A stretch of DNA of 64,000 bases from an uncultured Pelagibacteraceae bacterium. Its GTDB lineage: Bacteria > Pseudomonadota > Alphaproteobacteria > Pelagibacterales > Pelagibacteraceae. Shown here piece by piece: positions 22,113 through 33,273 of this stretch. Both the position numbers and the translations under genes were made by a program. The notes beneath the pieces are model-generated. The model saw only the letters and a program-made list of their open reading frames with translations, was not told the DNA's origin and ran no database searches. Numbering within the stretch: the first letter of the stretch is position 1; each line of letters starts with the position of its first letter. Where the stretch lies: NCBI GenBank assembly GCA_902602295.1, contig CACKQM010000003.1, positions 20,221 through 84,220 of the forward strand, in the 5' to 3' direction.

Positions 22113-22823
22113 ATGAGTGAGATAGCTTTATTAGGAAAAAAAATTGGAATGACTAGAGAATTTTATAAATCTGGTCAGTTGGTGCCAGTTACTGTGTTAA
22201 AAATGGAAAAAGCTAGAGTAATCCAGGTAATAGATAAAGAAAAAAGAGGTTACACCGCTGTTCAACTTGGATACGGAAAAATCAAAAACTCAAAACTAAC
22301 AAAGGCTATGAAAGGTTATTTTTCAAAAAGAAATACTGAAGCTAAAAGGAAACTTAAAGAATATAGAGTTCAAAACATCGAAAATTATAAAGAGGGAAAT
22401 GAATTTGGATTAGAGATTTTTAAAGATGTTAAATTTGTAGATACTAGATCAAAAACGATTGGAAAAGGTTTTGCCGGAGCTATGAAAAGACACAATTTTG
22501 GTGGTTTGAGAGCTACACATGGTGTTTCAATTTCACATAGATCACATGGTTCAACGGGTCAAAGACAAGATCCTGGTAAAGTATTTAAGGGAAAAAAAAT
22601 GGCTGGACATATGGGAGATAAATTAAGAACTATGCAAAATATCGAAATTATTAAAACAGATTTAGAAAATGAACTTCTATATTTAAAAGGTTCTATCCCA
22701 GGAGCAAAAAACTCTGAAATTCTAGTAAAAGTTTCAGTTAAAAATATAAAAAAAATGACTATCAGTGAAAAACACAAAGCTGCTGAATTAGCTAAGAAAA
22801 CACCGGAGAAAAAGAAAAAATAA
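22113..22823 (+). CDS. rplC: 50S ribosomal protein L3
   Basis: GKKIGMT, GKGFAG, PGKVFKGKKMAGHMG. Confidence 0.98.
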   Translation: MSEIALLGKKIGMTREFYKSGQLVPVTVLKMEKARVIQVIDKEKRGYTAVQLGYGKIKNSKLTKAMKGYFSKRNTEAKRKLKEYRVQNIENYKEGNEFGLEIFKDVKFVDTRSKTIGKGFAGAMKRHNFGGLRATHGVSISHRSHGSTGQRQDPGKVFKGKKMAGHMGDKLRTMQNIEIIKTDLENELLYLKGSIPGAKNSEILVKVSVKNIKKMTISEKHKAAELAKKTPEKKKK

Positions 22824-23446
22824 TGAAAGTCGATAAAATTAATTTAGATGGTAAAAAAAGTTCTATTGAAGTCCTAGATAAAATTTTTTCAGCTAAAATA
22901 AATAAGAAATTAGTGAATATAGTTTTATATAAGACTAATGCTAACTATAAAGGTAGGCACGCAAAAACTAAGCAGCAAAACGAAGTCTCAGGTCCAACAT
23001 CAAAAATTTATGCACAAAAAGGAACAGGTAATGCTAGACACGCAAGTAGAAAAGCCCCAATCTTTGTTGGTGGTGGTATAGCTCATGGTCCTAAAGGAGA
23101 GTTATCATATAAAAAAAGAAAATTGAATAAGAGTGAAAAAAAACAAAGTATAGCATCTTTAATCAGTGACAAGATAAAGAATGATAACCTTCTAATTTTT
23201 AGCGATTTTAGTTCTAAGATAAAAAAGACTAAAGAGATGAACTTAATTTTAAAGAAATTTGAAATATCAAATTCAATAATAATCCTAGACAAAACCTCAA
23301 AAGATAATGTTGAAAAATCAATTAGAAATATTCCAAATATCAAGGTAACAGACATTAATCATTTTAGTGCGTTTGATTTAGTCAAGTTTGAAAAGGTTGT
23401 GTTTACTGAAACATCCGTAAAAGAATTAGAAAAGAGGTATGCTTAA
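22823..23446 (+). CDS. rplD: 50S ribosomal protein L4
   Basis: QKGTGNARH, GGGIAHGP. Confidence 0.98.
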   Translation: MKVDKINLDGKKSSIEVLDKIFSAKINKKLVNIVLYKTNANYKGRHAKTKQQNEVSGPTSKIYAQKGTGNARHASRKAPIFVGGGIAHGPKGELSYKKRKLNKSEKKQSIASLISDKIKNDNLLIFSDFSSKIKKTKEMNLILKKFEISNSIIILDKTSKDNVEKSIRNIPNIKVTDINHFSAFDLVKFEKVVFTETSVKELEKRYA

Positions 23447-23447
23447 A

Positions 23448-23741
23448 ATGGATAAGATACATTTATATGACAAAATTTTATCACCTTTAGTTACTGAAAA
23501 ATCAACAAATTTATCAGAACAAAATAAGATTGTATTTAAGGTGCCTTCAAAAGCAAATAAGAAAAATATAAAAAACAACATTGAAAAAATTTTCAAAGTA
23601 AATGTTACAAAGATAAATATTATCAATAAACAAAATAGAACTAAATTAACTAGAGGAAGAAAAGTTAAAGTCTCTGGTTTTAAAAAAGCAATTATAACAC
23701 TTAAAAAAGGTCAAAGTATTGATCTAACAACTGGAATTTAA
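23448..23741 (+). CDS. rplW: 50S ribosomal protein L23
   Basis: PLVTEKS, KKAIITL; start moved to the ATG just after the rplD stop. Confidence 0.95.
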   Translation: MDKIHLYDKILSPLVTEKSTNLSEQNKIVFKVPSKANKKNIKNNIEKIFKVNVTKINIINKQNRTKLTRGRKVKVSGFKKAIITLKKGQSIDLTTGI

Positions 23742-23742
23742 A

Positions 23743-24582
23743 ATGGCGCTAAAAACATTTAAACCATATACAAAATCTACTCGAGGAACAATTCTTGTAG
23801 ATAGAACTGGTCTTTGGAAAGGTAAACCATTTAAATCTTTAGTTTCCCCAAAAAATGCAATGAAAGGGAGAAACAACAATGGCCATATTACCTCTATAAA
23901 TAGAGCTGGTGGACATAAAAAAATGTATCGACATGTTGACTTCTACAGAAAAAAATTTGATATGCCTGCAACAGTTGAAAGAATTGAATATGATCCGAAC
24001 AGATCTTGTTACATTATGTTAGTAAAATTCGATGATAATTCACATGCATATTATCTTGCACCACAAAAAATAAAGGTGGGTGATAAAGTTGAAAATGGAT
24101 CAAAAAAAGAGATAAAAATTGGAAATTGCATGCCATTACAAGATATCCCAGTTGGTATAGATATTCACAATGTTGAAATACAACCAGGTGGTGGAGGTAA
24201 AATTGCAAGATCTGCTGGAACTTCTGTTACGATTAGTGGATTGGATGGGAATTATAGTTTGATTAAATTAGCATCAGGTGAAGTTAGAAAAATCGATTCA
24301 AGATCATTGGCAACAATTGGCGTATTAAGTAACCCTGATCAAAAAAATATAAAAATTGGAAAAGCAGGAAGATCAAGATGGTTAGGAAGAAGACCTCACA
24401 CCAGAGGTGTTGTTAAAAATCCAGTAGATCACCCACATGGTGGTGGAGAAGGTAAATCAGCAGGTGGAAGACATCCAGTTTCTCCTAAAGGACAATCAGC
24501 AAAAGGATTGAAAACAAGAGACAATAAGAGAACTGATAAATATATTGTGAAGAGAAGAAACAAAAGGAAGGATACAAAATAA
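23743..24582 (+). CDS. rplB: 50S ribosomal protein L2
   Basis: [26 protein letters not shown]. Confidence 0.99.
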   Translation: MALKTFKPYTKSTRGTILVDRTGLWKGKPFKSLVSPKNAMKGRNNNGHITSINRAGGHKKMYRHVDFYRKKFDMPATVERIEYDPNRSCYIMLVKFDDNSHAYYLAPQKIKVGDKVENGSKKEIKIGNCMPLQDIPVGIDIHNVEIQPGGGGKIARSAGTSVTISGLDGNYSLIKLASGEVRKIDSRSLATIGVLSNPDQKNIKIGKAGRSRWLGRRPHTRGVVKNPVDHPHGGGEGKSAGGRHPVSPKGQSAKGLKTRDNKRTDKYIVKRRNKRKDTK

Positions 24583-24881
24583 TGGCTAGAGCAGTATGGA
24601 AAGGACCTTTTGTGGAAGAAAGTTTAATCAAAAAAGTTGATAAATATAAGACTGATCCAAAAAAAATTCCTATCAAGACTTGGTCAAGAAAATCAACAAT
24701 AATTCCAGATTTTGTAGGAGTTAGTTTTTTGATTTATAACGGAAAAAAATTTATACCCATTACCATATCTGAAGACATGGTTGGTCATAAGTTAGGTGAA
24801 TTTGCACCAACAAGAACTTTTTTTGGTCATACACCTGCAGATAAAAAAGCAAAACCTGCTGAGGCAGAGGCTAAGAAATAA
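24582..24881 (+). CDS. rpsS: 30S ribosomal protein S19
   Basis: [18 protein letters not shown]. Confidence 0.98.
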   Translation: MARAVWKGPFVEESLIKKVDKYKTDPKKIPIKTWSRKSTIIPDFVGVSFLIYNGKKFIPITISEDMVGHKLGEFAPTRTFFGHTPADKKAKPAEAEAKK

Positions 24882-24883
24882 TT

Positions 24884-25282
24884 ATGAGTAAAAAAAAGAA
24901 ATTAGTGAAAAAAAAAGAAAAAATAGTTAAATCTATTAATAATAATATTAGATCAAGTGTAAGAAAGCTTAATCCTATTTTAAAAGGTATAGTTGGAAAA
25001 AAAGTAGAGTTAGCTATTAGAGATCTTCAGTTTTCAGAAAAAAGAATTACTCGTGATATCAGAAAGACTATTTCATCTGCTGTTGCAAATGCGGAAAATA
25101 ATTTTCAGTATGATATCGATAAACTTGTCGTTAAAGAAGCTTATTGTGGGAAGAAAATTACCATGAAGAGGTTTAGACCAAGAGCAAAAGGAAGAGCCGC
25201 ACCAATTTTAAAACCTTATTCAAGTGTTACAATTATTTTATCAGAGGCAAAGAAAATGGAGAGTCATGGGACAAAAAGTTAA
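24884..25282 (+). CDS. rplV: 50S ribosomal protein L22
   Basis: [20 protein letters not shown]. Confidence 0.97.
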   Translation: MSKKKKLVKKKEKIVKSINNNIRSSVRKLNPILKGIVGKKVELAIRDLQFSEKRITRDIRKTISSAVANAENNFQYDIDKLVVKEAYCGKKITMKRFRPRAKGRAAPILKPYSSVTIILSEAKKMESHGTKS

Positions 25283-25946
25283 TCCAGTAGGTTTTAGATT
25301 AGGTGTTAACAGAGGTTGGGACTCTGTTTGGTACGCTAAAAAGAAAGATTTTGGTAATTACCTTATAGAAGATTTTAAAATAAGAGAATATATCAAAAAA
25401 AATGTAATTAATTCTGGGGTTTCAAAAGTGATGATCGAAAGAACAGCAAACAAATGTTATGTTACAATTTACACTTCTAGACCAGGTTTTGTTATTGGAA
25501 AAAAAGGTAGTGATATAGATAAGATAAAAAATAATTTATCTAAGTTTACTTCAAATGAGGTTACTTTAAATATTAAAGAAGTAAAAAAACCTGAAACAAA
25601 TGCTTATTTAGTTGCAGAAAATATTGCTCAACAATTAGTTAAAAGAATTTCTTATAGAAGAGCAATGAAAAGAGCAATGCAATCTTGTTTAAGATTGGGT
25701 GCTAAAGGAATTAAAGTTTCAGTGAGTGGAAGATTGGGTGGAAATGAGATTGCTAGAACTGAATGGTTAAGAGATGGCAGCATACCTTCCCACACATTAA
25801 GAGCAGATATAGATTATGCAGAAGCAGAAGCACTTACGACTTACGGAATAATTGGGATAAAAGTTTGGATTTATAAAGGTGAAGTTTTTGCTAAAGAATT
25901 TAGTCAAGAAACGAATAAAGTCACACCTAAAGAGGGAAAACAATAA
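25266..25946 (+). CDS. rpsC: 30S ribosomal protein S3
   Basis: [13 protein letters not shown] start, [15 protein letters not shown]. Confidence 0.98.
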   Translation: MGQKVNPVGFRLGVNRGWDSVWYAKKKDFGNYLIEDFKIREYIKKNVINSGVSKVMIERTANKCYVTIYTSRPGFVIGKKGSDIDKIKNNLSKFTSNEVTLNIKEVKKPETNAYLVAENIAQQLVKRISYRRAMKRAMQSCLRLGAKGIKVSVSGRLGGNEIARTEWLRDGSIPSHTLRADIDYAEAEALTTYGIIGIKVWIYKGEVFAKEFSQETNKVTPKEGKQ

Positions 25947-26357
25947 ATGTTACAACCAGTTAGAACAAAATGGAGAAAAGCTCACAAAGGTAGAATTCAT
26001 GGAACTGCCTCAAGAGCGAATTTCATTAACTATGGTGCCTATGCTTTAAAAGCGCTATCTCCTGATAGGGTTACTGGAAAACAAATAGAGGCTGCTAGAG
26101 TTGCTCTAACAAGACACATGAAAAGACAAGGAAGAGTTTGGACAAGAATTTTTCCAAATATTCCAGTTTCTAAAAAACCCATTGAAGTACGTATGGGTAA
26201 AGGAAAAGGTTCTCCAGAATTCTATGCATGTCGTGTAAAACCAGGAAGAATTTTATTTGAAGTAGATGGTGTTTCAGAACAGATAGCTAAAGAAGCGTTA
26301 TATAAAGCATCTGCAAAATTGCCAATTAAAACAAAAACCATAAAGAGATTTGCCTAA
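25947..26357 (+). CDS. rplP: 50S ribosomal protein L16
   Basis: [15 protein letters not shown]. Confidence 0.98.
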   Translation: MLQPVRTKWRKAHKGRIHGTASRANFINYGAYALKALSPDRVTGKQIEAARVALTRHMKRQGRVWTRIFPNIPVSKKPIEVRMGKGKGSPEFYACRVKPGRILFEVDGVSEQIAKEALYKASAKLPIKTKTIKRFA

Positions 26358-26358
26358 T

Positions 26359-26550
26359 ATGAAAAAACAAGAAATTAAAAAACTATCAAAAGATCAAATT
26401 ATAAAAAACATCGATAAATTTAAAAAAGATTTATTCAATTTTAGATTTCAAAAGATGAATTCACAGATTACGAATCCAGCAAAAATTAGTGAAACAAAAA
26501 AAACAATTGCTAGATTAAAAACAATATTAAAAGGAAAATTAAATGCCTAA
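26359..26550 (+). CDS. rpmC: 50S ribosomal protein L29
   Basis: LFNFRFQ, IARLKT; synteny; ATG at 26359 preferred. Confidence 0.93.
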   Translation: MKKQEIKKLSKDQIIKNIDKFKKDLFNFRFQKMNSQITNPAKISETKKTIARLKTILKGKLNA

Positions 26551-26779
26551 GAAAATATTAACAGGTGTGGTTGTAAGTGATAAACCTAACAAAACTATAA
26601 CAGTTTTAGTTGAACGAAAATATTCTCATCCATTATTAAAAAAAGTAATAAAAGTGAGAAAAAAATACAATGCCCATGATGAAAATAACAAATTTAAAAC
26701 AGGTGACAAAGTATCAATCATTGAGAGCAAACCTTTCTCAAAAAACAAGAAATTTCAAGTAATGGAGAACACAAAATAA
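26543..26779 (+). CDS. rpsQ: 30S ribosomal protein S17
   Basis: GVVVSDK, AHDE, GDKVSI. Confidence 0.97.
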   Translation: MPKKILTGVVVSDKPNKTITVLVERKYSHPLLKKVIKVRKKYNAHDENNKFKTGDKVSIIESKPFSKNKKFQVMENTK

Positions 26780-27147
26780 TGATACAGGTCCAAACAGAAT
26801 TAAATGTAGCCGATAACACCGGGGCAAAGAAAATTGAATGTATTAAAGTCTTAGGTGGATCGAAAAGAAGATATGCAAGCATAGGAGACACGATAGTGAT
26901 TGCTGTAAAAGAGGCAATTCCTAAGGGAAAAGTAAAAAAAGGATCAGTTCATAAGGCTGTGGTAGTAAGAGTAAAAAAAGGAATTCATAGAGATGACGGA
27001 TCAAAAGTAAAATTTGATAATAACGCTGCTGTTTTGGTTGATGATAAAGGTGAACCAGTTGGAACTAGAATTTTTGGTCCAGTGACTAGAGAATTAAGGA
27101 ATAAAGGGCAAATGAAAATAATCTCATTAGCCCCAGAGGTTTTGTAA
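26779..27147 (+). CDS. rplN: 50S ribosomal protein L14
   Basis: [22 protein letters not shown]. Confidence 0.99.
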   Translation: MIQVQTELNVADNTGAKKIECIKVLGGSKRRYASIGDTIVIAVKEAIPKGKVKKGSVHKAVVVRVKKGIHRDDGSKVKFDNNAAVLVDDKGEPVGTRIFGPVTRELRNKGQMKIISLAPEVL

Positions 27148-27395
27148 TGATTAAAAAAGGTTTAAAAGTTCGAGTTTTATCAGGCAGAGATAAAAAAAAA
27201 GAAGGTGAAGTAATTGAAATTGATAGAGCAAACAACAGAGCAAAAGTTAAAGATATTAATATGGTAAAGAGACACGTAAAAACAACTAAGGAGAAAAAAG
27301 GTGGAATTTTTTCAAAGGAAAGTTTTATTCATTTATCAAATTTAAAACTAATTGACGAAAAAACAAAAACAAAAAAAACTGAGGCTAAAAAATAA
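27147..27395 (+). CDS. rplX: 50S ribosomal protein L24 (short, 82 aa)
   Basis: [23 protein letters not shown]. Confidence 0.94.
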   Translation: MIKKGLKVRVLSGRDKKKEGEVIEIDRANNRAKVKDINMVKRHVKTTKEKKGGIFSKESFIHLSNLKLIDEKTKTKKTEAKK

Positions 27396-27949
27396 TGACT
27401 CCAAGATTGAAAGAACTTTATTATAAAGAAATACAACTTGCATTGAAATCTCAATTTGGTTTTAAAAATCTGTACATGGGTCCAAAAATTGAAAAAATTG
27501 TCTTAAATATGGGCTTAGGTTTGGATGGAAATGATTCAAAAATATTAAAGTCTTGCGAGGAGGATTTAGCAAAAATAACAGGTCAAAAACCTGTGATTAC
27601 CAAATTTAAAAAATCAGTTGCGAATTTTAAAACAAGAAAAGGGTCAAACGCTGGCTTAAAGGTAACACTTAGAAAAGATAAAATGTATGAATTTTTAGAT
27701 AGACTTGTGAATATAGCTTTACCAAGAATTAAAGATTTTAGAGGCCTGTCCGCTAATGGTTTTGATAAATTTGGAAATTACACATTTGGTGTTAAAGAAC
27801 ATATCATATTTCCTGAGGTAAGTTTTGATCGTGCTGATAAGGTTCGTGGTATTGATATTGTGATTGTAATATCAGCTAAAAGTAAAGAGCATAGTTTTGC
27901 TCTTTTAGAAAAGTTAAATTTTCCATTTATTAAAAAAGGAGATAACTAA
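27395..27949 (+). CDS. rplE: 50S ribosomal protein L5
   Basis: [20 protein letters not shown]. Confidence 0.98.
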   Translation: MTPRLKELYYKEIQLALKSQFGFKNLYMGPKIEKIVLNMGLGLDGNDSKILKSCEEDLAKITGQKPVITKFKKSVANFKTRKGSNAGLKVTLRKDKMYEFLDRLVNIALPRIKDFRGLSANGFDKFGNYTFGVKEHIIFPEVSFDRADKVRGIDIVIVISAKSKEHSFALLEKLNFPFIKKGDN

Positions 27950-27950
27950 A

Positions 27951-28256
27951 ATGGCTAAATTAAGCTCAATAAATAAGAACAATAAACGAATAAAATTATC
28001 GGATAGGCTATTTAAAAAAAGGCAAAAATTAAAAAAGATTGTTATGAATAAAAAACTCCCTTTAGAGGAAAGATTTAAAGCACAACAAAAATTATCAAAA
28101 TTACCTAGAAACTCTGCGAAAGTAAGAGTGATGAACAGATGTCAGATTACCGGAAGACCTCACGGAGTTTATAGAAAATTGAAAATATCTAGAATTGCAT
28201 TAAGACAATTAGGTCTGCAAGGAAAGATACCAGGTTTAGTTAAATCAAGTTGGTAG
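27951..28256 (+). CDS. rpsN: 30S ribosomal protein S14 (long, zinc-free type)
   Basis: [22 protein letters not shown]; only one Cys. Confidence 0.98.
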   Translation: MAKLSSINKNNKRIKLSDRLFKKRQKLKKIVMNKKLPLEERFKAQQKLSKLPRNSAKVRVMNRCQITGRPHGVYRKLKISRIALRQLGLQGKIPGLVKSSW

Positions 28257-28266
28257 AAAGGAAAAT

Positions 28267-28662
28267 ATGAGTTTAAGTGATCCAATTGGAGATATGATAG
28301 CAAGAATAAAAAATGCTCAAGATAGAAGCCATAAGAAAGTTGAATTACCTTCTTCAAATTTTAAAACTAAGATTGCTGATATCTTAAAGAATGAAGGATT
28401 TATAAAAGACTTCAAAGTGAATAAAGAAAATAATAAATCTTTATTATCTTTAGAGCTTAAATATCATTCAGGAAATCCAGTTATAAGTACTTTTGAAAGA
28501 GTTTCAAAACCAGGGAGAAGAATATTTTCTAGTGCAGAAAGTTTACCCAAAATAAATAATGGTTTAGGTATAGCAATTGTATCAACCCCCAAAGGTGTCA
28601 TGACCGATATTGATGCGAGAAAGCAAAGAGTGGGTGGAGAAATAATTTGTAAGGTGTTTTAA
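28267..28662 (+). CDS. rpsH: 30S ribosomal protein S8
   Basis: DPIGDM, SKPGRR, STPKGVMT. Confidence 0.98.
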   Translation: MSLSDPIGDMIARIKNAQDRSHKKVELPSSNFKTKIADILKNEGFIKDFKVNKENNKSLLSLELKYHSGNPVISTFERVSKPGRRIFSSAESLPKINNGLGIAIVSTPKGVMTDIDARKQRVGGEIICKVF

Positions 28663-29201
28663 TGTCTAAAATTGGTAAAATTAATATTTCAATCCCTGAA
28701 AAAGTCAAAGTTGCTTTGGCTGGTAATATCCTGAACATAGAGGGTCCTTCGGGAAAAAAATCAATTAATATTGACTTAGAAGTTTTTAATCTTGATATAA
28801 AAGATGGAAAAGAAATATCAATCAAACCAAAAAAAATCGATCAAGAAACCAAGCGATTATGGGGAATGAATAGAAGTTTAATTAATAATGCAGTTATTGG
28901 TTCAAGCACTGGATATGAGAAGATACTAGAATTAGTAGGTGTTGGATATCGTGCTGCTTTAAAAGGAAATCAACTTAATTTACAATTAGGTTATAGCCAT
29001 GATATCAATTTTGATATTCCAGAAGGGATTAAAATCAATGTTGAAAAGCAAACAACTTTAAAAATAAGTGGTGCTGATAAACAACAAGTAGGTGCAATTG
29101 CATCAAAACTAAAAACTCTTAGAAAAATTGAACCATATAAAGGTAAAGGTGTGAGAGAAAAGGGTCAACATATTTTGAAAAAAGAAGGAAAGAAGAAGTA
29201 A
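28662..29201 (+). CDS. rplF: 50S ribosomal protein L6
   Basis: GVGYRA, LGYSH, EPYKGKG. Confidence 0.98.
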   Translation: MSKIGKINISIPEKVKVALAGNILNIEGPSGKKSINIDLEVFNLDIKDGKEISIKPKKIDQETKRLWGMNRSLINNAVIGSSTGYEKILELVGVGYRAALKGNQLNLQLGYSHDINFDIPEGIKINVEKQTTLKISGADKQQVGAIASKLKTLRKIEPYKGKGVREKGQHILKKEGKKK

Positions 29202-29557
29202 TGAAATTAGATACTAGTAAAAGAAAAAGGTTTAGAGTTAGTAATAAGGTTAAAAATGTTGCTTCAAATGACAGATATAGACTAAGTATTTCTAGATCAT
29301 CAAAGAATATTTCGGCACAAATAATTGATGATATGAAAAATGTTACTTTATTATCAGCATCATCAATTGAAAAAGATATTAAGTCTGGTCAAAAGGTAAA
29401 TAAAACTGAATTATCTAAGATTGTAGCTGAAAAGTTAGCAAAAAAAGCACAAGAGAAAAAAATTACCAAGATTTATTTTGATAGAGGTATTTATAAATAT
29501 CACGGAAGAGTGAAGGTTTTTGCTGAAACTTTACGTAAAAATGGAATGGAATTTTAA
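29201..29557 (+). CDS. rplR: 50S ribosomal protein L18
   Basis: [18 protein letters not shown]. Confidence 0.97.
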   Translation: MKLDTSKRKRFRVSNKVKNVASNDRYRLSISRSSKNISAQIIDDMKNVTLLSASSIEKDIKSGQKVNKTELSKIVAEKLAKKAQEKKITKIYFDRGIYKYHGRVKVFAETLRKNGMEF

Positions 29558-29558
29558 T

Positions 29559-30074
29559 ATGGATAATAATAAAGATAGAAAAACTGACGATATTTTAGAA
29601 AAATTAGTTCACATTAATCGTATAACAAAAGTAGTAAAAGGTGGACGTAGATTTGGTTTTTCAGCACTAGTTGTTGTTGGAAACCAGTCCGGTAAAATTG
29701 GAATAGCTCACGCTAAAGCAAAACAAGTGCCGGATGCTATAAAAAAAGCAAATGAAATGGCACGAAGAAAACTTATTCATATACCTCTTCGAGAAGGAAG
29801 AACGATTCATCATGATGTAAAAGCTAAAGATGGATCAGGCAGAATTGTATTAAGAGCTGCCTCAAAAGGAACAGGAATTATAGCTGGAGGCCCCGTGCGA
29901 GCTGTGTGTGAGGTTTTAGGAGTAAAAGATATTGTCGCAAAATCAATGGGTACATCAAATGCCCACAATGTGATTAGAGCTACAATGAAAGCACTATTGA
30001 AACAAAATTCGCCAAAACAAATATCTTCAATAAGAAATAAAAAAATTTCTGAGATAATAGAAAAAAGAGGATAA
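29559..30074 (+). CDS. rpsE: 30S ribosomal protein S5
   Basis: [17 protein letters not shown]; ATG at 29559. Confidence 0.98.
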   Translation: MDNNKDRKTDDILEKLVHINRITKVVKGGRRFGFSALVVVGNQSGKIGIAHAKAKQVPDAIKKANEMARRKLIHIPLREGRTIHHDVKAKDGSGRIVLRAASKGTGIIAGGPVRAVCEVLGVKDIVAKSMGTSNAHNVIRATMKALLKQNSPKQISSIRNKKISEIIEKRG

Positions 30075-30526
30075 TGATTAAATTAAATAATAGAAATAAG
30101 ATTAATAAGAGTAAACTTAGAGTTGGCAGAGGTATCGGTTCTGGAAAAGGCAAAACATCTGGAAGAGGTGTAAAAGGTCAAAAATCCAGATCTGGTGTGG
30201 CGATTAAAAGTTTTGAGGGTGGACAAATGCCACTATACAGAAGACTTCCAAAAAGAGGATTCAACCCTATTAATAAAAAAACAATTGCTATATTAAACCT
30301 AGATAAAATCCAATCTTATATTGATAAAAAAAATATTAAAACTACAGATACGCTGAATTCAAATTTACTCAAAAAACTAAAATTAATAGATCAAAATTCA
30401 ATTAAATTAAAAATTTTAGGTTCCGGAGCCATTAAAGATAAAATCAATATTGAGGCAGATCTTGCATCAAAGTCTGCTGTTGAAAAACTTGAAAAAATTG
30501 GTGGTTCAATACAATTAAAAAAATAG
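30074..30526 (+). CDS. rplO: 50S ribosomal protein L15
   Basis: [21 protein letters not shown]. Confidence 0.98.
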   Translation: MIKLNNRNKINKSKLRVGRGIGSGKGKTSGRGVKGQKSRSGVAIKSFEGGQMPLYRRLPKRGFNPINKKTIAILNLDKIQSYIDKKNIKTTDTLNSNLLKKLKLIDQNSIKLKILGSGAIKDKINIEADLASKSAVEKLEKIGGSIQLKK

Positions 30527-30535
30527 TTTAATTTA

Positions 30536-31816
30536 ATGAGCGCATCATCATCAAATACTGATTTAAGAAATAGAATAATATTTACCCTTGCTATTTTAGT
30601 GGTCTATAGATTTGGAACTTTTGTGCCTTTGCCTGGGATAGATCCCGAACAACTCAAAATAATGATGGAAGGTAATCAAAAAGGTTTATTAGGAATGTTT
30701 AATGTTTTTGCTGGTGGTGCAGTGAGTAGAATGGCAATTTTTGCATTAGGAATCATGCCATATATTTCCTCATCAATTATTGTTCAACTATTGACTGGTG
30801 TTTCTGATTATTTCAAAAATTTAAAATCACAAGGAGAAACTGGTAGAGCAAAAATTACTCAGATAACTCGTTATGGAACAGTTTTACTTGCAACAGTTCA
30901 AGGTTATGGATTAGCAGTAGGTCTAGAGTCCTCAGCTGGACTAGTAATTAATCCTGGTGTTTTTTTTAAGATTTCAACTGTCACCACGATTGTTTCTGGA
31001 ACTATTTTTTTAATGTGGTTAGGAGAACAGATTACCCAAAGAGGAATTGGTAATGGTATATCTCTTATTATTTTTGCTGGTATCGTTGCAGAAATTCCAA
31101 GAGCTCTAGTCACCACTTTTGAACTTGGTAGAACAGGAGCAGTCTCCACATTAATGATCTTAGCTTTATTTGTTTTATTAATCTTAACAATATTATTTAT
31201 TGTTTTTATGGAGAGAGCTTTAAGAAAAATACTAATAAATTACCCTAAAAGACAAGTTGGTAATAAAATGTATGGGGGAGAGTCATCTCATTTACCACTA
31301 AAGATTAATCAAGCTGGAGTAATTCCCGCAATTTTTGCATCGGCATTACTATTATTACCAGTAACTTTTTCAAATTTTAATTTTTCTGATAATGAAACTT
31401 TTTTAAATATAAGTTCATATTTTACTCAAGGACAACCTTTGTATATGTTGCTTTATGCATCAGGAATAATATTTTTTACTTTTTTTTACACTTCAATAAC
31501 TTTTAATCCAACAGAAACAGCTGATAATTTGAGAAAATATGGTGGTTTTGTACCTGGAATAAGACCTGGAGAAAGCACAGCAATTTATATCGATAATATT
31601 TTAACAAAGTTGACAACAATCGGGGCTTTATATTTAACTTTAGTTTGTTTAATGCCCGAGTTTTTAATTGCTAATTATCCAATTCCTTTCTATCTGGGAG
31701 GTACATCAATTTTAATTGTAGTTGTTGTTGCAATAGACACTGTAACACAAATACAAACAAGATTAATGAGTTCCCAATACGAACAATTGATTAAAAAAAC
31801 AAAATTCGGAAGATAA
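30536..31816 (+). CDS. secY: Preprotein translocase subunit SecY
   Basis: LGIMPYISSSI, GIGNGISL, PGIRPG, GGTS. Confidence 0.99.
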   Translation: MSASSSNTDLRNRIIFTLAILVVYRFGTFVPLPGIDPEQLKIMMEGNQKGLLGMFNVFAGGAVSRMAIFALGIMPYISSSIIVQLLTGVSDYFKNLKSQGETGRAKITQITRYGTVLLATVQGYGLAVGLESSAGLVINPGVFFKISTVTTIVSGTIFLMWLGEQITQRGIGNGISLIIFAGIVAEIPRALVTTFELGRTGAVSTLMILALFVLLILTILFIVFMERALRKILINYPKRQVGNKMYGGESSHLPLKINQAGVIPAIFASALLLLPVTFSNFNFSDNETFLNISSYFTQGQPLYMLLYASGIIFFTFFYTSITFNPTETADNLRKYGGFVPGIRPGESTAIYIDNILTKLTTIGALYLTLVCLMPEFLIANYPIPFYLGGTSILIVVVVAIDTVTQIQTRLMSSQYEQLIKKTKFGR

Positions 31817-31819
31817 TTC

Positions 31820-32383
31820 GTGAATATAATCCTATTTGGACCTCCCGGTGCTGGAAAAGGAACACAAGCAAAATATTTAGTTAAAAAGATAAATGGTTTT
31901 CAAGTTTCAACAGGTGATATGTTAAGGGATGAAATCAAGAAAAATTCTGAAATAGGAAGAAAAATAATTAATGACATGAACGATGGTAAATTTGTAAGTG
32001 ATGAAATTGTAAACGAATTAATTAAAAAAGTAATTTTTGATGAAAAATATAAAAACAAACTTATTTTTGATGGATATCCTAGATCATTAGAGCAAGCTAA
32101 AAATTTAGAAACTATTTTAGAAAGTTCAAATCAAAAGATTGATTATATTTTTTTTCTTAATGTTCAAAAAGAAGTAATAATTAAACGAGTTGAAAAAAGA
32201 AAAACTTTAGAAAAAAGATCTGATGATGACTCAAATATTATTCTAAAAAGATATAATACCTATATGGATATGACACGCCCCGTTTTAGATTTCTATTCCA
32301 AAAATTCAAACTTTTATGAAATAGATGGTGCGCTTAAAATAGAACAAATAACCGCTAAAATAGATGCTTTTCTTAATGTTTAA
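31820..32383 (+). CDS. adk: Adenylate kinase (short, LID-less type)
   Basis: GPPGAGKGTQ, STGDMLR, DGYPR, RSDD; GTG start. Confidence 0.96.
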   Translation: MNIILFGPPGAGKGTQAKYLVKKINGFQVSTGDMLRDEIKKNSEIGRKIINDMNDGKFVSDEIVNELIKKVIFDEKYKNKLIFDGYPRSLEQAKNLETILESSNQKIDYIFFLNVQKEVIIKRVEKRKTLEKRSDDDSNIILKRYNTYMDMTRPVLDFYSKNSNFYEIDGALKIEQITAKIDAFLNV

Positions 32384-32387
32384 GACA

Positions 32388-32415
32388 TTGACTTTGAAAT
32401 AACTTCTTATATAAA
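32388..32415 (+). promoter_or_regulatory. Putative sigma70 promoter for the alpha operon
   Basis: TTGACT-N16-TATAAA in the adk-rpsM spacer. Confidence 0.55.
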
Positions 32416-32437
32416 AGGCTAAATTTATCTCAAAATT

Positions 32438-32821
32438 ATGGCTCGTATTGCAGGAATAAATATCCCACAAAATAAATTAGTTCAAGTAGGGCTAACTTAT
32501 ATTTATGGTATTGGTGATAAATTTTCAAAACAAATTTGCACATCATTAGCAATCCCTAAAGAAAAAAGAGTAAATCAACTTACTGATGATGAAATTTTGA
32601 AAATAAGAGAATACATTGATCAAAATTTTAAAGTTGAAGGAGATCTTAGAAGAGATTATTCACTGAGCATAAAAAGATTAATTGATTTAGCTTGCTATAG
32701 AGGTTCGAGACATAGAAAAAAATTACCTGTAAGAGGTCAAAGAACTAGATGTAATGCTCGAACGAGAAAAGGAAAAGCTATTGCGATAGCTGGAAAAAAA
32801 TTAACACCACTTAAGAAATAA
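32438..32821 (+). CDS. rpsM: 30S ribosomal protein S13
   Basis: [19 protein letters not shown]. Confidence 0.99.
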   Translation: MARIAGINIPQNKLVQVGLTYIYGIGDKFSKQICTSLAIPKEKRVNQLTDDEILKIREYIDQNFKVEGDLRRDYSLSIKRLIDLACYRGSRHRKKLPVRGQRTRCNARTRKGKAIAIAGKKLTPLKK

Positions 32822-32823
32822 GC

Positions 32824-33273
32824 ATGGCAAAAGCAGAAAAAAAAGATAATAAAGAACTGAGTCAAGATAAGTCGCCAAAAAAAGCTGTCAAAAGTTCTTA
32901 TTCAAAAAAAAAGAAAACTAAAAAAAATATCTTAAATGGAATTGCATATGTTCAATCAACTTTTAATAATACAATTATTTCAATCGCTGACACTAATGGA
33001 AACGTAATTTCATGGGCATCAGCTGGACAAAAAGGTTTTAAAGGTTCTAGAAAATCAACTCCATATGCAGCACAAATAGCTGCTGATGCTGCTGCATCTA
33101 AAGCCTTAGAGTTTGGCATGAAAACTTTATCTGTGGAAGTTAAGGGTCCTGGTTCAGGCAGAGAAACAGCATTAAGAGCGCTACAAGCGAGAGGATTTAG
33201 AATTTTATCAATTAAAGATACAACACCGATGCCACATAATGGTACTAGGCCACCAAAAAAAAGGAGAGTTTAA
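32824..33273 (+). CDS. rpsK: 30S ribosomal protein S11 with Lys-rich N-terminal extension
   Basis: [25 protein letters not shown]. Confidence 0.98.
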   Translation: MAKAEKKDNKELSQDKSPKKAVKSSYSKKKKTKKNILNGIAYVQSTFNNTIISIADTNGNVISWASAGQKGFKGSRKSTPYAAQIAADAAASKALEFGMKTLSVEVKGPGSGRETALRALQARGFRILSIKDTTPMPHNGTRPPKKRRV

